A stretch of DNA of 64,000 bases. Origin: a virus. Lineage: Duplodnaviria > Heunggongvirae > Uroviricota > Caudoviricetes. The DNA lies in IMG/VR virus record IMGVR_UViG_3300046008_000242, positions 32,001 to 96,000 of that record. One strand, 5' to 3'. Under the pieces are notes generated by a model that did no database searches, was not told where the DNA came from, and saw only the letters and a list, made by a program, of their open reading frames with translations. Positions 1 to 10,273 of this stretch are shown in pieces (within the stretch, counting starts at the first letter, position 1; each line of letters opens with the position of its first letter). Both the position numbers and the translations under genes were made by a program.

Positions 1-732
1 TTTATCATTATCCGTGAAAGATAATTCAGAAGCTAATTCGCGGAATTTGTCCGCTTCAACGAGAGTCAATTTAGATGTAAATTCTTCGATGATGGCAGAG
101 CGTTTTGAAGATTCAATTTCTTTTTTGTATTTGACAGTAGAATCAACAGTTTCTTTCAATTTTAATTTGAGAGATTCATTTTCTTCAGATAATTGTTTTA
201 CAACATCTAATTGAGTAGAAGGTAAGTCGATGTAACTAGATTCAAATAGACCTTTCATGTTGGTAATGAAACCTTCAACAATTTCAGATTTCAAACCCGC
301 TTCCACAGAAACTTTATTTTTTTCAACCCAAGATTGAGCTGCGTAATCCAAATAACCATCAATTTGTTCAGATAATACTTCAGCTTGTTTATTGAAAACA
401 TCTTCATTAACTTTTTGGAAATCAATGAATTTGGTTTCGAAGGTTGTTTCTAAATCTTCAAATTTAGATTCATAGATTGAACTTAATGATTCATGTTTGG
501 TTTCATAAGTTGATTCCAATTCTGAGTATTTAGATTCATAGATAGATTCTAGTTCATCACTCATTGCTTTAGCTTTATTGACAACAGCAGATTCAAAGAT
601 CGCTGATGCTTTTGACTTGAATTCTTCAGTGAATTCTTCACCTTCGAATAAGCTGTCAATTGATTCCATAATAGTTTTTCCTGTTGATTCGCCGTTTCGT
701 AACGACTCTAATAATTTTTGTTCGATAGTCAT
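1..732 (-). CDS. gp22: Prohead core scaffolding protein (T4 gp22-like), runs off the window start
   Basis: Not in ORF track. Manual translation from ATG at 732: MTIEQKLLESL...DSLFEGEEFTEEFKSKASAIFESAV, typical of gp22; directly downstream of gp21. Confidence 0.9.
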   Translation of the reverse strand, partial: MTIEQKLLESLRNGESTGKTIMESIDSLFEGEEFTEEFKSKASAIFESAVVNKAKAMSDELESIYESKYSELESTYETKHESLSSIYESKFEDLETTFETKFIDFQKVNEDVFNKQAEVLSEQIDGYLDYAAQSWVEKNKVSVEAGLKSEIVEGFITNMKGLFESSYIDLPSTQLDVVKQLSEENESLKLKLKETVDSTVKYKKEIESSKRSAIIEEFTSKLTLVEADKFRELASELSFTDNDK

Positions 733-782
733 CAAAAACTCCATTCTTTATTCATATATCAATTATTTATTAAAGATATTTT

Positions 783-1436
783 TCACTTGATAGAATTCAA
801 GAATCGTTGGAATTGTTCAAGACAGACTTTTTGTCTATCGGGTCTGTTAGAACGTTCTATGATATGTTTAGATTCATCAATTTGTTTCTGGGTAAAGATT
901 CCATTAACATTGACCCATTCGACGCCTTCCATGATGCCATTAACCCAGCAATCGATACCAGAAGGTTCAGAAACAATATCAATTGTTCTTAGATAGAAAT
1001 CATCTTGGACTTCATTGATGCCATCTTTACGTTGAGATAACGAACCAACACCCCTAGAGGAAACACCAATTTTTACACCTTCGTCTAATAGACATTTGGC
1101 AATATATCCTTTGGGCATCGATTCTAAGATTTTAGCCTTACCGATAACATTATTGCCATCAAATTTTAATTCTGTGATTAGATGAGAAATGTTTTCTGGC
1201 ATTACATTTAATGTATCAGGATGACCTAATTCACCAGTAGAACGATTTTCTTTAATAAGAGTTTGGAAGTTTTTGACTTCACGTTCCATTACATGTTTAG
1301 GATAATTTCTACCATTTCTGTTTGGCGTTTCTGCTTGTAGGAAACACCCTTCAATGTAAAATTGTTTTTTATTGTTGGTTCCGACTTCTTCCGTGATGTA
1401 AGAAACCGATTCCGATAATTCTGTAATTAGTTTCAT
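783..1436 (-). CDS. gp21: Prohead protease (T4 gp21-like)
   Basis: MKLITE start, NRNGRxYP, GELGHP and GVSSRGVGS motifs; synteny. Confidence 0.96.
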   Translation of the reverse strand: MKLITELSESVSYITEEVGTNNKKQFYIEGCFLQAETPNRNGRNYPKHVMEREVKNFQTLIKENRSTGELGHPDTLNVMPENISHLITELKFDGNNVIGKAKILESMPKGYIAKCLLDEGVKIGVSSRGVGSLSQRKDGINEVQDDFYLRTIDIVSEPSGIDCWVNGIMEGVEWVNVNGIFTQKQIDESKHIIERSNRPDRQKVCLEQFQRFLNSIK

Positions 1437-1865
1437 TTAAGAACCTATGGTGTTGATATTATCATATACACCTAATGTCGATGTATCATATTTGGTGGTA
1501 TATCCATCTTGCTTTCTAAGACGAATGAAAAGTTCACCGATACCACCAGTGATTCTGATGTGTATATTTTGGTCTTGGGCAACTGGATCTGGGGGACAAG
1601 TAGCACCCGTCATTTCAACCCCACCAGCAATGGTACTAGCACTGAATGTACAAATTTGAACATTGTTTCTGGTTACATAGAATGTAGTTGTTGATTCACC
1701 AGACCATTGGTATCCAGCGATATGAACTTTTTGAGTTCCAGTGAGAACTTCATCTGGCATTTTTAATTCAGATAAGAGAATATCACCTTCATCACCATCA
1801 ACTCCCCAAATTTTAACATAACATTCTTTAGATGTTAATTTTACGAGTTGTTTTTGGAATGCCAT
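1437..1865 (-). CDS. Hypothetical head-region protein
   Basis: 142-aa ORF packed between the gp67-like ORF and gp21. Confidence 0.7.
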   Translation of the reverse strand: MAFQKQLVKLTSKECYVKIWGVDGDEGDILLSELKMPDEVLTGTQKVHIAGYQWSGESTTTFYVTRNNVQICTFSASTIAGGVEMTGATCPPDPVAQDQNIHIRITGGIGELFIRLRKQDGYTTKYDTSTLGVYDNINTIGS

Positions 1866-2017
1866 TATTCATCTTCTTTATTGAATAGAGTTTTAGCAAT
1901 TTCTTTCTTTTTTTCATCTAGACGTTTGCCAACTTTATCTAACATAATTTTATCGAAAGATTCTTGGATCTGTAATACATCACCATTTTCTAATGCAGTT
2001 AATAATTCGTTTTCCAT
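1865..2017 (-). CDS. Small prohead core protein (gp67-like position)
   Basis: Manual 50-aa ORF MENELLTALENGD...LDEKKKEIAKTLFNKEDE with GGAG RBS; stop overlaps next ATG. Confidence 0.65.
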   Translation of the reverse strand: MENELLTALENGDVLQIQESFDKIMLDKVGKRLDEKKKEIAKTLFNKEDE

Positions 2018-2032
2018 TTTGTGTCTCCTTTG

Positions 2033-3511
2033 TTATTCTTCTTCGGGTTGTTCAATTTCTAATTCGGGTTTTTCTTTATCCATTTTTTCTTGGATCTCTT
2101 GAATTTCTTCATCAGATTGTTTTAATACATTTTTCTTGACCCAAGAAGTGTCAAAGTATTTACCCACATAAGCGTCAACCACTTGTAATGTTGATAATCT
2201 ATTTTGTAATACATCAGATTCCGATAATTCGGCGAAATGATTATCGTCGTGAAAATCAAATCGTATTTGTTTTTCTATTTTGGAGAAATCTTCATACGTT
2301 ATAATTCCTTTTAGTACGCATTGTAATCTTAATGCTTCCATGAATAATCTTGAGAATTTGGAACGTAATCTAGTGATGAATTTAGAAAATTTAATCTCAT
2401 CTCTAGTTATCTCACCAGCTCTTCCGATAGAAAATGTTTGTTCTGGAATCAATCTTGTAATCGGTACATGAAGAGATCTAAACAATTTATTCTGGAAGTA
2501 GTTCACGTCATCTAGGGCACTTAAATTCGCACCTCCAGGTAGAGTAGTTATCTCAGTAGTTTTTGAATTATCTCTACGAGGCAACCAATAATCTTCCATC
2601 ATGGATTGATTCTGTTTATTATCATTGATTTCACCAGTGGTACTGTTAAAAACCAATTTGTTTCTAAACCTTGCCATCGTGTCTTGAATATATTGGTCAG
2701 CTTTCGCTTTATTAAGATTACCAACATCAATGTAAAATACTCTACGTTCAGGAGCTCTAGATACCCTATAGATTACAAGCGATTCTTCTGTATATTTTAA
2801 TGAATTTACAATTTTGATGGAATTATGTAAATGACTACGTATCATTCCTGTATTATAATCAACGATTCCAGATGTTGCGCAAAATACAGATTCTAATGAA
2901 AGTTTAACGCCACTTTTTGCGTTGGCATTAATTCCAGCATCATTAAACAAGTAATACTGTTCTCCAGATTTCTTAATATCATTGCCATGAGAATCCTTCT
3001 CGACAATCATTTCCTTGACTTTTCTAATCTTCCTAGGATCCACGTATCTTAATTCCTGGATACCTTTTTTTGGATTATCCGTATCCACTACAGCATGAAA
3101 ATAAGCCTTTCCGTCGATATACCATTGTCTGAATGTATCGTATCCTTTATCACTAAAATCATATAGATCTAGGATCTCGGTGAATTCGGATATAAATGCC
3201 TTCTTAACATTTTCAGATAAAGAATCAATATGATTTAGATTTAATGCAACAGGTTGAGCATCAGGAGTCACGGAAATGGCTTCATTAACAATTTCCTCGA
3301 TTGCATTAGAACAATCTGGATATTCTGCGACCTGTCTATATCTTCTGATTAAATCATTTTCATCTTTTACAATTCCATCTAGATCTAAAGATACACCGTA
3401 AAATGAAGAAGTTGATACAATAGAACCATCATCATTAGAAGGTGGTATAAACGAATCCACCTTCTTCATTTTATCGGATTTCTTTTTAATAGAAATACCG
3501 AAAATATCCAT
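2033..3511 (-). CDS. gp20: Portal vertex protein (T4 gp20-like)
   Basis: YRVSRAPERRVFYIDVGN, EDYWLPRR, EITTLPG, ITRDEIKF motifs. Confidence 0.97.
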   Translation of the reverse strand: MDIFGISIKKKSDKMKKVDSFIPPSNDDGSIVSTSSFYGVSLDLDGIVKDENDLIRRYRQVAEYPDCSNAIEEIVNEAISVTPDAQPVALNLNHIDSLSENVKKAFISEFTEILDLYDFSDKGYDTFRQWYIDGKAYFHAVVDTDNPKKGIQELRYVDPRKIRKVKEMIVEKDSHGNDIKKSGEQYYLFNDAGINANAKSGVKLSLESVFCATSGIVDYNTGMIRSHLHNSIKIVNSLKYTEESLVIYRVSRAPERRVFYIDVGNLNKAKADQYIQDTMARFRNKLVFNSTTGEINDNKQNQSMMEDYWLPRRDNSKTTEITTLPGGANLSALDDVNYFQNKLFRSLHVPITRLIPEQTFSIGRAGEITRDEIKFSKFITRLRSKFSRLFMEALRLQCVLKGIITYEDFSKIEKQIRFDFHDDNHFAELSESDVLQNRLSTLQVVDAYVGKYFDTSWVKKNVLKQSDEEIQEIQEKMDKEKPELEIEQPEEE

Positions 3512-3514
3512 AAT

Positions 3515-4147
3515 TTAACTCGCAGATGAAGCTGAATTTTCAAACCCTTCAGAAGGAGAATGAATTGTATTATCTTTGGTTTTGGTTGCTTCACTTGAAT
3601 TTTTGTTATCTTGGTCAACAAAATAATCGTATGTAAATTCTACATCAAATTCTTCGATAGCATTTTCGTTATCGTATCCCAAGGCAATTTCACCAACATT
3701 GGTTGGATATGCATTATGGAATGTATATGTTCTCAACAAACCACCGTTACGATCCATCTGGTCAACATGCAAGATAGCTGAATAAGCAGAATGCGTTAAT
3801 TCACCACCAATAGAATCATTTTCTGAAATCATATAAGACCAATTCTCAAACAATCCACGTAATTCGAATGCATTATTGTTATAGAATGTCAATGTCCAAG
3901 GATTAAATGTTTTTTCACCAGCAAAATTAACTGTCTTACCTCGATATTTTGCTTCAACATTATTGATTGTGTATGATGGAATTGATGCAGCCTTACATAA
4001 AAGCAAATTACCAGTTGTATCAAATGATGTTGGTACAATAGTTGTATCCGCTGCCGCTGTATTCGCTGTAATACCAACTCTATATTGGTTTGCTCTAGCA
4101 CCACCACGTTTTAATTGCGATTTGAAATTTTCAATAGTGTTAGCCAT
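3515..4147 (-). CDS. gp19: Tail tube protein (T4 gp19-like)
   Basis: GGARANQY, AGEKTFNPW, AYPTNVGEIAL..D....IEEFDVEF motifs. Confidence 0.95.
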   Translation of the reverse strand: MANTIENFKSQLKRGGARANQYRVGITANTAAADTTIVPTSFDTTGNLLLCKAASIPSYTINNVEAKYRGKTVNFAGEKTFNPWTLTFYNNNAFELRGLFENWSYMISENDSIGGELTHSAYSAILHVDQMDRNGGLLRTYTFHNAYPTNVGEIALGYDNENAIEEFDVEFTYDYFVDQDNKNSSEATKTKDNTIHSPSEGFENSASSAS

Positions 4148-4174
4148 TATTGTTCCTAAGTTTATTTGTTTATT

Positions 4175-5455
4175 TTATTTATTAACAGAAGGACATGGTT
4201 TATAATATCCTTTCGTAAATTGAGGATTCCTTAATAGAAATTCTTCAAATGATAATTGTTCGTTTTCTTCTTTTGTGTATCTAATACTTTTAGAACCATC
4301 GTTATAGTATTTGCATCCAGAACTTTCTCCACACTTTTGTCCTCTAACGAATTCAGGATTCTGAGATAGAAATTCTTCGAATGATAATTTAGATTGTTGT
4401 TTTAAAGTGTATCTGAAATTTGTAATTCCATCTGTGTAATTTTCATATTTAGATGGATCTACAAATAATCCTTTTACAAATTCGAGATTCTGAGATAGAA
4501 ATTCTTCGAATGGTAATTCAGATTGTTGTTCTAATGTATATCTGTAATTTTTGGAACCATCATTATATGTAATCGTTCCAGCAATAGATTTTTCAGATTT
4601 ACATTGTCCTTTCGAAAATTGAAGGTTCTTAGATAGAAATTCTTCAAATGATAATTCAGATTGTTGAATGATTGTATATTTGAAATTGGTATTACCATCA
4701 GTGTACCATTTAGATCCTTTTGAAGTTTTAAAATCTTCACTTCTTCCTTCCATAAATTGAGGATTCAATTCCATAAATTCTTCAAACGACATTTCTAATT
4801 GTTGTTTTGGTGTATATTTTACATCATTGATTCCGTCGTTATACCATTTGAATCCAGCATTCTTTGGACCACCTATTTTACCACCAGATAATCCACCCTT
4901 TCTACAATCCGCAATAAATTTATCAAAATCTCTTTCTTTTCTCGCTTTATTACATTCGCTTGCATATTCTCGTCGTTGTTCTAATGTATATCCAAAGAAT
5001 CCAACACCTTTTAATTTACAAACCGCTGCTCCAATTTTACCACCATTAGAACTTCTTTTTAATAATACATCTCTTGGAGTATTAGCTATACGTCGTTTTG
5101 AATAAAAAGATCGTTGTTCGAATGTCAATGCATGTATTCCAATTTTTCTTTCCACAACAATAGAACCAAATGATACATTACCCTTACCACCAACTACCAA
5201 ATTGTATGTATCTTCTCTATCGATAAAATCTTGGTCTACTATAATCCCTTCCATCCTAAATGCCATTTCCGATGTTGAAAATGCCATCAAAGTATCTCGT
5301 TTAAAATTATTTCTACCGTGTTTCTTTATTGCAGCAGATAAAATCTTATTTGAACCAAAATACCCATCGAATTCCTTCTTAGATGTCTTATGCACACCAA
5401 CGTAAATTTTACCATTAACCAAATTTGTAGTCTTATAAACAATGTATCTAATCAT
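4175..5455 (-). CDS. Seg-like GIY-YIG homing endonuclease with five C-terminal tandem repeats
   Basis: N-terminal YIVYKTTNLVNGKIYVGVHKT...DGYFGS; repeats of Y(N/T)DG...(K/R)YT..QQ..LSFEEFL..N..F..G; inserted between gp18 and gp19. Confidence 0.88.
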   Translation of the reverse strand: MIRYIVYKTTNLVNGKIYVGVHKTSKKEFDGYFGSNKILSAAIKKHGRNNFKRDTLMAFSTSEMAFRMEGIIVDQDFIDREDTYNLVVGGKGNVSFGSIVVERKIGIHALTFEQRSFYSKRRIANTPRDVLLKRSSNGGKIGAAVCKLKGVGFFGYTLEQRREYASECNKARKERDFDKFIADCRKGGLSGGKIGGPKNAGFKWYNDGINDVKYTPKQQLEMSFEEFMELNPQFMEGRSEDFKTSKGSKWYTDGNTNFKYTIIQQSELSFEEFLSKNLQFSKGQCKSEKSIAGTITYNDGSKNYRYTLEQQSELPFEEFLSQNLEFVKGLFVDPSKYENYTDGITNFRYTLKQQSKLSFEEFLSQNPEFVRGQKCGESSGCKYYNDGSKSIRYTKEENEQLSFEEFLLRNPQFTKGYYKPCPSVNK

Positions 5456-5459
5456 ATCA

Positions 5460-5533
5460 ATCTCACCTTTAATCTCATAATGTTATTATTACATATATGG
5501 ATTAAAGGTGAACATATTGATTAAAGGTGAGAT
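5460..5533 (-). promoter_or_regulatory. RBS-sequestering inverted repeat upstream of the GIY-YIG gene
   Basis: ATCTCACCTTTAATC (5460-5474) is the exact reverse complement of GATTAAAGGTGAGAT (5519-5533); a second 12-nt arm at 5500-5511; covers the AAGGTG SD of the endonuclease. Confidence 0.7.
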
Positions 5534-7747
5534 TTATCCTGAAGTGGAAAAAGAAGCAGATTGACGAGTGGCGATAAAATTCAGAGTTATGAAATTGACC
5601 GAATAATTCGGCTTCACGTAAAGATCTGCTACGAAATTATTAGTTTCAATTGTACCAGCGGTATTATTAGTAGAATCGCAGACCACTTTGAAATCATATA
5701 CACCGCGTCTACCTTTGATGTCTTTTAAGAAAGGTTCGACAGCATTTCTGAATTGAGTTCTTGTGAATTCGTCATTCAATTCAAATAATGTATATTGAGC
5801 TGTTTTTTCAATAGATTCTTCTAAGAAGATGAATAACATTCTTGTACCAATTCTATCAAAAGTAGAAGGTTTACTCAATAATGTTTTATCACCATATAAT
5901 ACAGTACCTTGACCTTTGAAAGATACGACTGGATTGATACCACTTGGATATAATGCATCTCTATCAGCTTTGTTTGGATTAACAGCTAATTTGACAACAT
6001 TTTTGATTTGACCTTTAGAGAAACCAGCTGGAGAATCCCATGGTTCATTTACTCTAGCAGCTAGACCAGCAATATCGCCATTTAATGGAACCCAGATGAA
6101 TTTGTCATTGAATCTATCATATTGATATTTGTAACCAGAGTCTAGAACACCCCATGAACTTGAAGGTAGAGTATCTCGGAATTCAATGATTTTGGTGATG
6201 GCAGAAGAAGTGTTGCCAATAATAATTTCATCAGTGATTGCATCAATAGGAGAAATGAACGCAACGCAATTTCTTCTGAATTCAGCTACACTTTGGATAG
6301 CATATTTGGCTACAACAGAAGTTGATTTACCAGTGATTAAGAATTTGAATTTGTATTGTTCTTTATTTTTCAATAGAGAATATGCATCAAGGATATTTGC
6401 TTCTATTACTTCAAAATCATCTTTACCACCAACAAATTGTAAATTGATTGGACGAACTAACGTTTTGAAAGAGGCATCAGCCGGCATATCTTCTAATCTA
6501 GAACCCCAGTTGTGACCAGTTGAACCTAAAGAGGTTGGATGGTCTGTCCAGCGGATATAAGAAGAACTAGAATTGATTACAGATTTATAATACGCAGAGG
6601 TGCCATCTTCTTTTCTTGCGTCAGCAGCTTTAGATAGATAAGAATATTTTTCTAAGATTGAACCTGGAACACCCGTAATTGTACCGTCTTTATCGATAAC
6701 TAGGATATGGATTTCATCTAGAGCATTTGATACATTTCTAGAGGAAGCAAATACAGTTGTTGATGGTTTCTTGAATAAAGCAGAATATTCTTCAGCAATA
6801 GAAACTCTAGTATTCGTCATAGACGCTACAGGAGTTTGAGTTTCCAATGTTAATGTTAAAGATGTATCAGATTCAACAGAAGATACAGTACCGATTACAG
6901 AACCCGCAGAAGATTTAAGGATAGAACCTGGGAAAACTTCTTTGGTGAATAATGTACTTGAACCTGTTACAACTTTAGACGAAGTTACAGAAGTGATTGA
7001 ACCGGTTAATGTACTATAATCAAATGTATTATTGTCTAATACGATGACTCCAATAGAATTACCGATAGAACCTGGGAATTTAGCAATAAATTCACCGACG
7101 TTGGCTTCACCATTTGCGTAATTCGTATCATAAAAATCATCATTATTTACTTTAATAGAAGAACCTGGTAGGATAGTTACGTATCCAGCAACAGAACCAT
7201 TAACAGGAGTAGATACCCCAGCAGAAACTAATGTTGAACCTGCATAATAAGAACCGACAACACCTTTTGTATTATCAACAGATTTTAAGATTAACTTACC
7301 TTTGAATTCAGAAGCAAGAACCAATAAGTTTAATACAACGTCAGCATTGATTGCAGTGGCAATTTCAGCGATAGTGGTTTGTGTAGTTAATGTGAACGTT
7401 TTTTCTGTACCACCAGTTACAGTAAATTTAATCACATCGTTTGTTGCAATTAAAGGTTTAGATACGGCGTTTCTGTTGCCAAGAGTATCCAATCGAACAT
7501 TCAACAAATTATCAGAATACGATAAGAAGTTTAACGCTGTATGGAAATCTCGAGTTACGTTATCTACATTGTTTGGTTTGAAAAATTGTTCTAAAAGAGC
7601 TTTTTCTGAATTGATTGTAGTTGGTTCCATTACAGGACCCCATCTATAAACACCAGCAAATGCCGCTGCTGGAGAAGTAACAGCAACTGTTACCACAGCA
7701 TTGTCGATTTCATTTGACTGGATTCCAGGCGAAATTTGATATGACAT
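5534..7747 (-). CDS. gp18: Tail sheath protein (T4 gp18-like)
   Basis: SPGI..NEID, WGPV, WxSPAGF type motif, LYGDKT, FDRI..R.LF motifs. Confidence 0.97.
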   Translation of the reverse strand: MSYQISPGIQSNEIDNAVVTVAVTSPAAAFAGVYRWGPVMEPTTINSEKALLEQFFKPNNVDNVTRDFHTALNFLSYSDNLLNVRLDTLGNRNAVSKPLIATNDVIKFTVTGGTEKTFTLTTQTTIAEIATAINADVVLNLLVLASEFKGKLILKSVDNTKGVVGSYYAGSTLVSAGVSTPVNGSVAGYVTILPGSSIKVNNDDFYDTNYANGEANVGEFIAKFPGSIGNSIGVIVLDNNTFDYSTLTGSITSVTSSKVVTGSSTLFTKEVFPGSILKSSAGSVIGTVSSVESDTSLTLTLETQTPVASMTNTRVSIAEEYSALFKKPSTTVFASSRNVSNALDEIHILVIDKDGTITGVPGSILEKYSYLSKAADARKEDGTSAYYKSVINSSSSYIRWTDHPTSLGSTGHNWGSRLEDMPADASFKTLVRPINLQFVGGKDDFEVIEANILDAYSLLKNKEQYKFKFLITGKSTSVVAKYAIQSVAEFRRNCVAFISPIDAITDEIIIGNTSSAITKIIEFRDTLPSSSWGVLDSGYKYQYDRFNDKFIWVPLNGDIAGLAARVNEPWDSPAGFSKGQIKNVVKLAVNPNKADRDALYPSGINPVVSFKGQGTVLYGDKTLLSKPSTFDRIGTRMLFIFLEESIEKTAQYTLFELNDEFTRTQFRNAVEPFLKDIKGRRGVYDFKVVCDSTNNTAGTIETNNFVADLYVKPNYSVNFITLNFIATRQSASFSTSG

Positions 7748-7908
7748 ATAGGAATTCCTTATTATTGTGTATGGATTGTTTCTTTATTATTATTTATTAG
7801 ATTTTGTAAAGGATTCATATTCCTTTAGATTGTCGTATAGAAATGTTCTATACGATTGTATTTAATGACATTATTTTGTTGTAAAATAAATGATTATATG
7901 TATTTGAA

Positions 7909-8689
7909 TATATCCATTATTTGCTCGTTAATGAGCTCTAGTGGAACGTTTATGATTTATGCAACCAACTCTATGTCATGTATATTTTAGAGTTGTTAAA
8001 ATTGAGTAAAGAGATATCGAAGTAGTCTTGTGTGAATCTTTCGATATCCCAATCATCGAAAGAGACTTATCGATAATCTTAGACATCGAGTGTGTAATAT
8101 ACATGGAAAGATACTCCTTTCGAAATCTCTAATACTCCACTATGATAGACTATGTCGATCCTTTGAGTTATGTTCTTTAGGTCACTTTATATTACTTTTA
8201 TTAACTTAGTGTCTTCTATATTCTTATTTTAACGTATTATTTACATTCATTTACAACAACATTCCCATATAAAATCCTTCGACTCCATTTCAGATCCCGT
8301 TGAGAACCAAAAGTTCCTTCGGGATTTTTATTGGATACAATTTATCATTATTCATCTAAGAATAAACATTAAACCATCTGTTATTTGGAATATCTTCCAC
8401 TCTAATGGAATCTTTAATATACAATCCAATCAACTCTACATCATGTAAAATAAACGTTGCATATTCAACAATTATGATTGTTCCTTGTAAATATAACATA
8501 TCGAAACAGCCTTAAGATGTTCCTTTCGATATCTTAATCATCGAAAGAGTAATCTTAGACATCGAGCTTGTTATAATCAATTAAAGATACTTCTTGCCTT
8601 TTCGATAAAACTCCACTATGATAGACTATGTCGATCCTTTGAGTTATGTTCTAAATGCCATTTAATATTACTAAGGCGTTTATTATACA
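7909..8689. repeat. ~475-bp non-coding repeat family, array 1 (about 1.7 units)
   Basis: Invariant core TATGATAGACTATGTCGATCCTTTGAGTTAT at 8141-8171 and 8617-8647 plus shared flanking modules; no ORF. Confidence 0.93.
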
Positions 8690-10273
8690 TTAGAAATCAT
8701 ATACTTCAACTTTATCATCATCAAGACCATCATTAATATATCCTACAGGTAACATTTGTTGGTCGATATAATCCATTTGCTGATTATATAATTCTTTCCT
8801 GATATCGATATCTCCCATATCCTTGACGAAAGAAGTTGAACATAACCAACCAAAAATAACTAATGTCATTATCAAATCATCATGATTCGGAGGATCCGCA
8901 GAATAACTACCTTGTCTTTCGATGAACACAGAAAACTCCTGGATAATATCTGGGTCAAATATCAACAATCTCTTCTCCTCAATCAAAGATTTTAACATCA
9001 TACATCCTTGACGTTTAATCTTCTTGTCCATGTTAATACCCACTTCCATTGTCCCAGAAAACGATTCACATGGTATCTGTCCCTTAGGTGTCTTCTTAAT
9101 GGAAATCAAATTCTCGTATTCTAGATCGTCTTGGAGTATCTGCGCCACCTCCTTGGAACAATTAATCTCAACAATAATAAATGCGTAATTGTATTCCTTA
9201 CCAACTCGATATAATATATTAGGATATAACATAGGGGATATCTTATTATCTCTATACTTACCGACTACCTTGTATGGAAAATTGGTTACATCCATAATTG
9301 TAAATGCAGAGTAATCTCCACCTACACCCTTTGATGTATCTGCCGATATAATATATTGATGTCCTGGTATAGCACCTTCCTGTATATCTAATCCATCTCT
9401 AGAATAGATAAAAGGTATTGCTGACATTGATGATATAGAAGATGAATTAATAAGTGTCGCCGATGAACCCAGAAAACTCATCTCCACTTCTTGCATGTAT
9501 TGTAATTCTCCTAACAATTCTTTCTGTTGTTGAGCCCATTTCTCATCTCTATGTGGATGTTCGCTCCAATGAGCAGAAACTGGTATAAATCCATTTATAC
9601 CAAGTTGAGCTTCATTCCAAAATTTCCACCAATGATTATATCCTAATGGAGTAGACGATAAGATAATTTTCGTTGTTTTACCAGAAGAGATGGTGGGATA
9701 CACAGAAGCGAAGAAGGATTCAGCGATAGCATTAGGAATAATTCCGACTTCGTCTACGTACAGTAAATTCACAGATTTACCTCTGATTCCAGACGCGGAA
9801 GTTGCGGAAGAAAACACTTTAGATCCATTTTCCAATTCAAATGAACCTTTATTCCATTCTTTAACCCCTTGTTGTAACCATTTGGGTAATCCTTCAAACA
9901 TATCTTGGATACGAGACATGATTTCTCTACTGGCTGCTGCCTTATTGGCTAAAATGGCAACTGTTTTGGATTTATTGAAAATTACATAATGTAATATGTA
10001 AGATGCAGTAGTAGTAGTTTTTCCACCCTGACGGAAAAGTTGAATGATAGTCCTGTTATTCTCATGCATAGTGGTTATTATTCGTTCTTGATAACCAAAC
10101 AATTCGAAATGTATCAATCCGTAATCTAATGAAACAATCTTACAATAATTTTTTATAAAATAAATCGGATCTTGTTTACATTTAATGTATTCTTCAATCT
10201 GTTCTTGAGTGAAATCTATCGGGGCATTTGTTGATTTTAAATTAGTGTTGCCATTATATGATAACTCAACCAT
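8690..10273 (-). CDS. gp17: Terminase large subunit (T4 gp17-like)
   Basis: YNGNTNLK N-terminus (start 10273 preferred), RQGGKTT Walker A, YVDE Walker B, STPLG, DYSAF, HDDL. Confidence 0.97.
   Translation of the reverse strand: MVELSYNGNTNLKSTNAPIDFTQEQIEEYIKCKQDPIYFIKNYCKIVSLDYGLIHFELFGYQERIITTMHENNRTIIQLFRQGGKTTTTASYILHYVIFNKSKTVAILANKAAASREIMSRIQDMFEGLPKWLQQGVKEWNKGSFELENGSKVFSSATSASGIRGKSVNLLYVDEVGIIPNAIAESFFASVYPTISSGKTTKIILSSTPLGYNHWWKFWNEAQLGINGFIPVSAHWSEHPHRDEKWAQQQKELLGELQYMQEVEMSFLGSSATLINSSSISSMSAIPFIYSRDGLDIQEGAIPGHQYIISADTSKGVGGDYSAFTIMDVTNFPYKVVGKYRDNKISPMLYPNILYRVGKEYNYAFIIVEINCSKEVAQILQDDLEYENLISIKKTPKGQIPCESFSGTMEVGINMDKKIKRQGCMMLKSLIEEKRLLIFDPDIIQEFSVFIERQGSYSADPPNHDDLIMTLVIFGWLCSTSFVKDMGDIDIRKELYNQQMDYIDQQMLPVGYINDGLDDDKVEVYDF

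Noticed and set aside
8141-8171. Group I intron reading of the core (GACATAGTCT on the minus strand resembles the S element)
   Set aside because: No matching R/P7 partner found and the flanking genes are uninterrupted.
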